Source of the DNA: Octopus vulgaris
Lineage: Eukaryota
Reading direction: 5' to 3'
Assembly (NCBI GenBank): GCA_951406725.2
Contig: OX597831.1
Coordinates: 62,620,001-62,684,000, forward strand
DNA length: 64,000 nt
In this document: positions 1-9,950 of the stretch, piece by piece
Numbering within the stretch: position 1 is the stretch's first letter
Layout: the number at the start of each line of letters is the position of its first letter
Made by a program: the position numbers and the translations under genes
Notes under the pieces: model-generated
Told to the model about the DNA's origin: nothing
The model's database searches: none
Seen by the model: only the letters and a program-made list of their open reading frames with translations

Positions 1-1091
1 GTGTGTGTGTGTGTGTGTGTGTATATATATCAATCTATCTATTTATCTACCTATTTATCTATCTATCTACATACATGTGTGTGTATCTATATATGTATAT
101 GTATGTGCGTCTGTGTGTGTTTGCCTGTATATATGTGTGTGTGAGTCCAAAGGAACGCTGCATCGAATTAAAATTCGTTTGTCGCTGTTGTCTCCAAAAA
201 TCCGGCGAACTTTAGATTCACCCGTTTGAAATATCTTCCAAATCATGGTATAGTCTACCTAAATCGATATTACATAATTATCGATTTACAATGCAGTGCT
301 GAATCTGTTTTTTTTTCTTTTTTTAATTTTCATTACATAATTTACGCTGCAAATGCAATCGCGAATGCATAAAACTAACATGGCCGCATATTTTCCCTTC
401 CTTATAATGCAGATTTTGTGCTCAGTCAAATGGAATTTACATCCACAATTCGCTTCTATTCATTATTTCCTTTTTGGTAAACCGTAAAAAAATCGGAATC
501 GGTGAGTCAGTCTTTATACCGTACTGAAATTAATTTCAACGCTAATCAAAAGTAACATAAACTATGAACATTTATATCTTTATTTAGTTATCTATTTATA
601 TTACGGATATTTTATCCAGCAAAAATCAAAGCCCTAATATGCAGTCCCTAATACGCTTTCGATTTCCCATTTTGTGAAATCTACTTCCTACATGTGTTGG
701 AAAGTGTGTATGCATTGTTTATGTTCTGTCCGTGTTTCTAATGTATTTATATTTGATTCGAGCTGTAGATGGTTTAAATATTCAAATAGATACAATGTGT
801 TAAATAAGCTAAAATATCTTACCTAATTCTACGTCGTAAAACTGTTCATTACACACGACGCCAATTTGGGCAAAACGGGAATCATCCGTTCAAACTACGT
901 CTGACAAGTTTTCGAATATATGAAAGATATTTTTGTAAATCTTCATATAAAATTCTACAAAGAAATACAATTCGAAAGTAATAATTCACGCTCAAAATAT
1001 TTTTTACATTATACAAATATGCAATAATATAAGAACAGGCAATCGACATCATTTACTTATACATACATAGACACATTCATACACACATGCA

Positions 1092-1310
<219 letters not shown>

Positions 1311-1819
1311 ACGCACGCATATTTATATATATCCACTTCAAGCTAGATGTGTAATATTTATGGTCCTCCATCTGCATTGTGATAAATAAAAGAAAAGAAA
1401 AAACTTGATACGATTGCATTCAGAACACAATTAATGAAGCATTAGAGCCTGGCAAACGTCGAGCTGCGCGTCAATAATAATATTTCATAAAGTCTTGCTA
1501 CAGATCTGTAGTTTTACATGTTAAAGGTTTTTATGTGCAGCCCACTCAAACTATACACCATGGCACCCATTCAATATTTCTCCCTCAAGCGAAATACAGA
1601 GACATATAACTGAGAATGTAATGCATATAATTATTTGATGTAAAACATGTAACACTAGTTTGCTAAGTGTAGCATAACATATTGATATGAGCCTTATATA
1701 ATACAAGACATTAATGCATGTGCAAGTATCCATGTAGTTGTGTATATATGCATACATGCAGTGTGTGTATACATAAATATATATATGGATGTATGCATAT
1801 ATACATATATATACACACT

Positions 1820-1868
<49 letters not shown>

Positions 1869-1934
1869 TTCTACCCCTATATGCATTTATATGAATATAT
1901 GCATGTATGTATATATGTATACATATATATATAT

Positions 1935-1984
<50 letters not shown>

Positions 1985-1987
1985 CAC

Positions 1988-2043
<56 letters not shown>

Positions 2044-2394
2044 TGTTAGAAATAGACTCGTGGGAAGGTCAATTATGGGTGTGGTTTTCGTTAGAATGTA
2101 TCATGTTTTCTTGCAATAGGGTCCAGTGGATTTCCTGAAGCCTTCATTATTTCGATATTGTTCTATATATTCTGCTGCATGCACATGAATAAAGAGGAGC
2201 GCGATTAGTCAATAGTATAAGAATAACTATTTCCAATATATTAATAATTTTTTATCGGATGAAGGCGACGGTGCCTACTGAATTATACGTGAGCAATTTT
2301 AATATCATTGAATTTAGAAAGAAACGTTTCTTTCAGAGTCAAAATCTGTGACGATTGACGTAAGCTCCATGTTGACCACTCATTATGTATATAA

Positions 2395-2471
<77 letters not shown>

Positions 2472-3335
2472 TGTGTAGATAGATAGATAGATAGAAGGTG
2501 TGTATTTTTATATATACTATACACACATATGTAGTCATGATAAGTGTATTCGGTTTGTAAGTGTGTTCATGCCATCCTGGGTGTGTGCGCATATATACAT
2601 AAGTGTATGTGTGTATATGGGCGCTTGTGTGTTTATATGTTTTCGTGTGTGTGATGTATGCATGTATATATAGAGACAATGAGACAGACAGAAATACAGA
2701 GACAGACAAACAAACAGACAAAGAGTCAGTATCCCTTGTGTTGTCACTATTGCACCTTTAGAGCGTAATGTGTTAGCTTAGATATTAAAGTGCCTGACAA
2801 ATGCTTTGCTGATGTGTACAATTCATTACGTTCTGCTTTCAAATCATGTCAAGGTCACGCTTGCTCTTCCTCTCCTCCTCTGTATATGAAATACAGCAGC
2901 AGCCAAGCACTGAGATTATTGCATTGCCTAATGCGTACTCCGCGAAAGTGCTGAAATATGCTTAAATCAGAGACGATTATGGCGTGATTAAAAAGGTATG
3001 AGCTTTTGTAATAGAATGTAAAGCAATATCAATGTGATGTTGGGGTATTTAAATTCTGGTGATGGCTTGCTGAAACTGTGAGGGAAACGGGTAACACTGT
3101 ATAATATAAAACTTAACTAAATGATTCGATCAGAATGTTGCAGAAATGTTATGTATAAATCGAAGGTCATGTTCTGTAAAAGTTTCATATGGGAAAAGAG
3201 AAGTTTTCTTATCTGCAATGGTCAATGTAGGTTTATGAAGTCAGGGAAACATTTAGCCTGCACATATAATCACGTTATGTAAACGTTCAAACCTATTGCA
3301 TAGTAAAGGGGATATTCTGCAAATTGTATATATAA

Positions 3336-3371
<36 letters not shown>

Positions 3372-3427
3372 CATTATTGGTGAATTGAAGAAATGGAGCT
3401 GAACGCAGATTGAACAGAAATCGTTTT

Positions 3428-3519
3428 ATTTCATTCTACACGTGTTTCGAAAGGCACAAATTACCAAAATCCGATGGAATAATGGGACCATATTGTGTCT
3501 TTCTCTTCAGGAAGAAAAT
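3428..3519 (-). ncRNA. Type I hammerhead ribozyme, identical copy in inverted 5' arm
   Basis: Exact reverse complement of 6341-6432. Confidence 0.83.
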
Positions 3520-3735
3520 AGGAAATCCGTTGGAAAAACAAAAACAGAACAGAGGCGGAGCAAAAACAAATCGAACTATGCTCCTCAGAACTTTATTCTC
3601 GGTCACAAAGAACATCTACGCCCCCTCACCCACATGATTGACCGATGCCTGACCCGTTGAATTCTTCAGCCACCGGTTCTCAACATACACTGATAAACAG
3701 TTTCGCCATGGGCTCTTAGGAGCATAGTTCGATTT

Positions 3736-5748
3736 GTAAACAAGCTGAAGCTCAGCCTCTGGGCCAACTCCTCGCAGGTAGTGAAGTGGTTCTCTTCCAT
3801 CCCCAATAAGAACCGTACTAGGTTCATTCAGTTTGATATCGCCAGCTTCTACCCCTCGATTAACCCTAGTGTGCTAAATAAGGCCCTCTGGCATGCTCAC
3901 AACAAGGCTGGCCTCACCAGAGAAGAGATAGATATCATTTTAGTTGCCAGGAAATCGTTTATTAAGTTTGATAATAAGTTGTGGATCCGTAAAGATACTC
4001 CCAATGAATTTGATGTACCTATGGGTAGTTCGGATAGTGCGCAGATAGCCGATTTGGTCGGAATATATATTCTCTACGAATTGTCCGACCAATTCCCGGA
4101 GATCGCGGGCGGCCTGTATCGTGACGATTGTCTGTTTTACCTGCAAAACACCACGAACAGAATAGTGCAGAAAACTAAGAGCAGGTTAGCTAGGTTTTTT
4201 AATAGAATGGGCATGAGTATAGTTTTTGATAATGAACTCACCAAGGCCAATTTCCTAGACGTTACACTTAACCTTAATAGCGACTCATACTGCCCTTACC
4301 ATAAGCCTTCCACTAATTTGAAGTATGTCAGTGTCTTCTCAAATCATGCCAAAACCGTAACAGACAATTTGGTTAAAAACATCTCTCTAAGATTGTGTGG
4401 CTTGTCCGCCAGTGCCGATATTTTTATGCAGAAAGCGGAATTTTATAACGCCGCACTATCCAAGGCCGGTTATAGGCAGAAGGTAATTTATATTGATCCG
4501 GCCCTTCCGATGCCATCATTCGGTCATCAGGATAGGGCCGTATATAATAACATTAACATTTTAAGTAAGGACGGGAGCGCGGTGGATGCCGGGGTAGTCG
4601 CTCCCGCATTTAATTTAGCGAACAAGGATAATTATCGGTCCGGGAGGTCTTACACTAACCCAAGACCCGTCATTCATCCGAGAATCACCCACCCGAATGC
4701 GAGAGCTGGCGTCCCGATCCATCACACTGATAGGAATAAGCATATATGGTTTGTAATCCCCTTTGGTAAGCAGATTAGAACTAACCTCCCCCTCATGTTT
4801 AGACAAGCCATCGCCAATAACTTCCCCAGAAATTCCAAATATTACTCCACGGTTAACTCGCATAAAGTTAGGATAGCTTTCTCCAACACTAAAAACCTCG
4901 CCCAGATAATCGCCTCCCATAATAATAGGCTACTTACTAAGACCCTATCAGCTTCTTCCGGAGGCACAGCCTCTTCCGCTCCCGGTTTAATGCTCAGTAG
5001 GAATAATTATAGTAGTAATAATGATATGAGAGCCAGTACAGTGACACATAATCTCAGCTCCAGCCAGGAAGTACCCACTAGGGGTATAGTTATAAATAGG
5101 GGTGTTGTGGTTGACGGTAACAATGGGAGTAGGGTAGAGAGCCCCAATAGCATCCCCAGCATCATTTCCCGCAATAGCAGCACCACGGGCAGTAGCAATG
5201 ACAGCACTTTGATAGATAGTGGAGAATCAGGGGTTATTCCTATAGTTAATAGTGACGTAGTGGAAAATAGAGTAGTAAGCGGCTGCAGGTCTCGTAACGA
5301 ATATAGTGACAGGAACGCAGTTCTAATTTCAGAAACTAATCCTAGCAGAATTAGATTCACGTCGGCGAACTCCAAGATCAAAAACGCCGTCTACCAATGC
5401 AAGGTTTACACGGACTCAGATGTCTTCACTTATGTAGGGGCCTCATCCTCAAGATTGTCTTTACGTGTCTCCAACCATTACGCAACTTTTCGGGACATGA
5501 ACAAGCGCCAGACCACGGGACTCAGTAAGCTAATATGGCGACTGAAGGATACGAACTTAAGCTACAGGCTGGAATGGTCAATTTTGTCGGTGGCCCTCCC
5601 ATTTGATAGGGGCAGAAGGCAGTGCAACCTTTGTGTCTCCGAACTCTTCCATATTTTGTTTGCCAGAGGCCGGATGGTAAACGGGCTTTTACAGTCGGCT
5701 TTTCGATGCCCCCATTGGCGGCGTTACACTTATCTGGCTTTTAAATAG
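3736..5748 (+). CDS. Penelope-like reverse transcriptase + GIY-YIG endonuclease, N-terminally truncated (no ATG; track start at 3781 is a GTG)
   Basis: RT motifs QFDIASFYPSI, FDVPMGSSDSAQIADLVG, GLYRDD, NFLDVTL, YHKP..LKYV...SNH. Linker [38 protein letters not shown]. Frame reads VNKLKLSLWANSSQVVKW back to the junction at ~3736. Confidence 0.9.
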   Translation, partial: VNKLKLSLWANSSQVVKWFSSIPNKNRTRFIQFDIASFYPSINPSVLNKALWHAHNKAGLTREEIDIILVARKSFIKFDNKLWIRKDTPNEFDVPMGSSDSAQIADLVGIYILYELSDQFPEIAGGLYRDDCLFYLQNTTNRIVQKTKSRLARFFNRMGMSIVFDNELTKANFLDVTLNLNSDSYCPYHKPSTNLKYVSVFSNHAKTVTDNLVKNISLRLCGLSASADIFMQKAEFYNAALSKAGYRQKVIYIDPALPMPSFGHQDRAVYNNINILSKDGSAVDAGVVAPAFNLANKDNYRSGRSYTNPRPVIHPRITHPNARAGVPIHHTDRNKHIWFVIPFGKQIRTNLPLMFRQAIANNFPRNSKYYSTVNSHKVRIAFSNTKNLAQIIASHNNRLLTKTLSASSGGTASSAPGLMLSRNNYSSNNDMRASTVTHNLSSSQEVPTRGIVINRGVVVDGNNGSRVESPNSIPSIISRNSSTTGSSNDSTLIDSGESGVIPIVNSDVVENRVVSGCRSRNEYSDRNAVLISETNPSRIRFTSANSKIKNAVYQCKVYTDSDVFTYVGASSSRLSLRVSNHYATFRDMNKRQTTGLSKLIWRLKDTNLSYRLEWSILSVALPFDRGRRQCNLCVSELFHILFARGRMVNGLLQSAFRCPHWRRYTYLAFK

Positions 5749-6340
5749 CGTTTATAAATAATACCGGCACCCATAACCCTTGGTAACAAATTCTGAAATA
5801 GCCTTTAAGATATCTACGATTAACCACTGCAAGGGGAATTACTCCTGTAAGACAAACGGGGCTTGGTTTTTTCACAGCGGGGGGTTTCCTTGACAAGGCA
5901 GGTTTAGATGAGAACACACACACACATAAAACATGATGTATATTTTTTTTTTTTTTCTGCCACCCAACGGTCATCACGGCAGTAGCCACTGACAGCCGAA
6001 CGATCAAACGCACACACGTACACAAAAAATGTTTTCTACCCCTACGCCAACACACACGTATATAGAACAGTATACACACACACACGTCTCTAAGTAGATT
6101 TTTTCTCGCCCCTTATAAAACATCCAATATTCCTTAAATAGTCAGAACTTTATTCTCGGTCACAAAGAACATCTACGCCCCCTCACCCACATGATTGACC
6201 GATGCCTGACCCGTTGAATTCTTCAGCCACCGGTTCTCAACATACACTGATAAACAGTTTCGCCATGGGCTCTTAGGAGCATAGTTCGATTTGTTTTTGC
6301 TCCGCCTCTGTTCTGTTTTTGTTTTTCCAACGGATTTCCT

Positions 6341-6432
6341 ATTTTCTTCCTGAAGAGAAAGACACAATATGGTCCCATTATTCCATCGGATTTTGGTAAT
6401 TTGTGCCTTTCGAAACACGTGTAGAATGAAAT
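6341..6432 (+). ncRNA. Type I hammerhead ribozyme in PLE 3' pseudo-LTR
   Basis: CTGAAGA core 6350-6356. Helix II GAAAGACACAA/TTGTGCCTTTC (10/11 pairs). GAAAC followed by palindromic helix III ACACGTGT. Cleavage triplet GTA 6421-6423. Helix I TTTCTTC/GAATGAAA with one bulge. Confidence 0.85.
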
Positions 6433-6640
6433 AAAACGATTTCTGTTCAATCTGCGTTCAGCTCCATTTCTTCAATTCACCAATAATGTTCTAATTTCAA
6501 TTATCCGCACCAACGCACGGTTGCAACACCATATGGTTGTACCTCCAACCGTGCTGTTTTACTGCTGTGATTTTTGCTACTAAGGTATCGGTTAAACTTT
6601 TGATTAATCTACTACAAGATTATTCATCTTTCTATTTCAC

Positions 6641-6699
<59 letters not shown>

Positions 6700-6743
6700 G
6701 TATGTATATATATATATACATGTGTGTATATATGTGTGAGTGG

Positions 6744-6884
6744 GGATCAAAACAGTTTGATTCAAATTCCTTGGTACGCTTGAATTTCAAGGACGATGTT
6801 AGTCGTCAGGAATTTCGAATTTTAACTAGCACCGCGCTCAAAACGCAAGAGTACCAAGGAATTTGAACCAAACTCCTTTGATCC
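6744..6884. repeat. Inverted repeat, 39-bp arms (4 mismatches), 63-bp spacer
   Basis: 6744-6782 vs 6846-6884. Confidence 0.9.
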
Positions 6885-6944
6885 TTACATGTAACTCCCA
6901 TTAAATTAATTCACTCTCCGTGTTCCGTCTGTCCATTCAGTCGA

Positions 6945-6973
<29 letters not shown>

Positions 6974-6978
<5 letters not shown>

Positions 6979-7495
6979 AGAATAATGAGAAATATTATAA
7001 ATTTACCAGTCGCCTAGCGTGTAAAACTTTAGCCAATAGACTATATATTATTCGTATAAATTCAGTGTAAATTACACTGTATTTATATGAATAATATATA
7101 CTCTTTTGACTAAATTTTTGCACGCTAGGCCACTGGTAGTCGAAATTTCTAATATATCTCATTACCCTTGATATTATTAATTATTGATAATTTTTTCTGA
7201 ACAATTTTGGAATTGAAAAGCCGACATTTTTACTCACTGCCGACAATGAGCTGCGCTTGCGCAGTAAATTTGAAAAACTAGAATGTATAAGCACGGGGCA
7301 TACACTGGATTGTCTCGTGTATATATATTAAATCTGAGGTGTACCTGCCGAAGAAGACTTCGTCTAGTAAATTATTTTATTTGCTAAAAAATTCTGGAAC
7401 CTTGGTTGAGGATTTAGATAGTAAATTTTTTTTTATTTTTCATTCCCTTCGATGTTTTATCCCCCCAAAACCTCATCTCTACTCATTTTCAAATA
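6974..7495. repeat. Foldback insert: ~100-bp-arm imperfect palindrome (6974-7173) plus tail; related sequence at ~36860-37250 and ~44460
   Basis: Centre CAGTGTAA-A-TTACACTG. ACCAGTCGCCTAGCGTG pairs with CACGCTAGGCCACTGGT. GCTAGGCCACTGGTA and downstream blocks recur at 36909 onward. Confidence 0.8.
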
Positions 7496-7506
7496 CACAC
7501 ACACAC

Positions 7507-7560
<54 letters not shown>

Positions 7561-8984
7561 TAATAAAAAATATTATGATAACAAATGAAGAAATGAAACC
7601 TCGATATTATGTAAATAGAGGAATTTTTGCGGATATTATTGTTTACAAATGTCACCTCACAGATAGGGCTGTGTACCTTTCATTGATGTGCGAGACCTAT
7701 TGTGTTTATTACAGCTCTGTCTGCTATGAAGAAGAAATAACTCCTATGATGTTACCGATCGAATGCCTTCGAGTATGCAAATACAGAACTGTGAGTAGTG
7801 ATGTTATATACTACATCAGTTGTATATATCAAAACAATAAGATAAACATTATATGTAAAATGCCCTCACTATTTGAATGGTAAAACATACTATAATGCGA
7901 CATATGTAATTAAACTGCCATAACTCAGAGGTCTACGTTGCCAGATATCTATACAAAGTAAGCAGTCTACGTTTTAAATGATATGTATATGTGACTGAAT
8001 CTTTTAAAACTGAGATAAAGCAGAGTAGAAGAAATTCGGAGTGCATTTGATTTTAGAATGATTATTAAAAATGCATGCGGAAAAAAAATTGGTGAAGTAA
8101 TATAAAAACAAGTGGGGAAATGAATTCAAAAGAAGATGAAATGCTGGCAAAAGAGATGCTCGCAGCGAAAAAATATGAAGCATTATAAAATATGAGAATG
8201 TTAGTCGGTTCTTAAAGAAATAAATTAAAATGGAATAAAATATACCGATTAAAATAAAATGAACGTATTCAATAGCCAAATTCAGTTTGAAGATAAATGC
8301 AGTTGAGGGTGTGTTTTGGTATAAATCAAAGCCGTTTTAGATTCTGATCAATATTTAAAATGAAAACTGATAAACGAATTATTTGAAGTCAAAGAGTGAG
8401 TAGGCTGAAAATGAATGCCTAATGTTCATGCAAAATACATACAAATTGAAAAACTTGTATGCTGTAAACTTCTTGGAATAATAGAACAACACGAAAAAAG
8501 TTTGAAAATCAGATTTCTTCTTGAAAATCCCTTAAATCAGAATATGTCAGAAATTTCGGAGAAGTGAATATAATTTCACAGCTAATAAAACATCTATTAA
8601 ATTTGAGAAGTTTACAGTTACAGTTAGAGAAACAGAGAATACATATAGTCTTACGTTTCGGTATTAAGAAAAAATAGTTACAGGTAAATTCATACCTCTA
8701 ACAATGGAAATTTAGAATAAAGGATTCGAAAATAAAGCGAGCAGGAACTAAATGTATTTTAACTAAATTTATATAACACACTGAACTTTCTCAAAAATGA
8801 ATTCTATGCGATGATGCAGAGAAAATAACCGATATTGCTAGGTATAAATAATTTAAACACCTACACAGCTCCGTTATTGTGTAACAGCATCGCTGTCCAG
8901 TTTGTTGCTGTGTAACGAAAACTTTCACACATCATTAAATAAAATGAAATGTAAGGAGAATATATCAGCATTCCTTGATATAGC

Positions 8985-9615
8985 TCTCCGGCTATCTATC
9001 AGCGGCTCTATATAGCTCCAGTACGACCTCACCTGGAATTTGCATCACCGGTCTGGAACCCCTATCTTGCCCAGGATATTAATCGTCTGGAAGCCGTTCA
9101 GCGACGTGCAACCAAGAGAATACCCTCTATCTGGCATTTGCCATATTCTGTACACCTTACTTCCCTGGGCATGGACACATTGAAACTCCGACGTCTGGCA
9201 ATTGACTTGGCAGATACCCATAAAATTATTAACCATCTTACAAACAATAACTCTGAGCTTCTTTTCAAACTCCACCTGTCTAACACCTGTGAACATGTTT
9301 ACAAAGTCAGAAAACAGCACAGTTCCCATGACTTTCGGAAACATTTTTTCACGCTAAGAGTTACTGAAACATGGGACAGACTGCCGGCATCAGTTGTTAG
9401 TTGACGGAGCACTGCATCCTTCAAAACTTCCATGCTTCCTAAGATTCGCCAAAACAACACCTGATGTTCCCCCCTCCATACACACGCAAGCATATATCGG
9501 ACTCATACAATGTTCGCTTACCAGACATTTGTACATTACTGATTATACGTTATACGCTCTTTTGACAAGTTGACGTGCACCTCAGCACTGTATACAATAA
9601 TTTCATTATATCATA
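8985..9615 (+). mobile_element. CR1/L2-group LINE 3' fragment (ORF2 C-terminus + 3'UTR)
   Basis: LYIAPVRPHLEFASPVWNPYLAQDINRLEAVQRRATKRI...LKLRRL..DL...FFTLRVTETWDRLPASVV. Confidence 0.88.
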
Positions 9616-9734
9616 TTATATAAAGACATTTTTCAAGGAAATAATTGCTCCAGTCTCAACAGACCTGCTCAGTTTCATTCACTAGTAAAATAAAACTCGC
9701 TATATTGAAATTGCCATATTTTAGTCAGTATTAG

Positions 9735-9830
<96 letters not shown>

Positions 9831-9832
<2 letters not shown>

Positions 9833-9950
9833 TTGGTATTTACAGAAAAGCATACAGATGTATTAGTTTAACGTTCGGGAAGATGAGAAAGTATTTTATG
9901 CTTCGAGCCTACGCTCTTCAACACAAAGGAAAGCGAGGAAATAAATAGAG
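9831..9950 (-). mobile_element. Solo PLE terminal-repeat remnant with hammerhead-like motif
   Basis: Minus strand TTT GTGTTGA A GAGC gtag GCTC GAAGC ATA AAA. Downstream sequence is shared with 22690-22780. Abuts (TG)n/(TA)n. Confidence 0.5.

Larger units (their letters stand above)
3370..6641 (+). mobile_element. Penelope-like retroelement (Naiad-like), 5'-truncated, young copy with inverted 5' pseudo-LTR, inserted in (TA)n
   Basis: Uninterrupted RT+GIY-YIG reading frame 3736-5748. 3370-3585 is the exact reverse complement of 6275-6490, and 3585-3737 is a direct copy of 6142-6294. (TA)n on both flanks. Hammerhead in the terminal repeat. Clade assignment is from motif recall, not a search. 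Confidence 0.93.

Noticed and set aside
3410-3660. Repeated 72-81 aa ORFs (MNRNRF..., MFRKAQ...) also at 6173-6450 and 60915-61157
   Set aside because: Antisense translations of the non-coding pLTR. The frame shifts between the two subfamilies.
4615-5381. Antisense ORFs (101 and 124 aa) shared by both PLE copies
   Set aside because: Expected shadows of closely related sense ORFs. No independent motif.
3736-6641. Selenocysteine recoding/SECIS as reported for some Naiad elements
   Set aside because: No in-frame TGA in the retained ORF of either copy, and no SECIS could be supported by eye.
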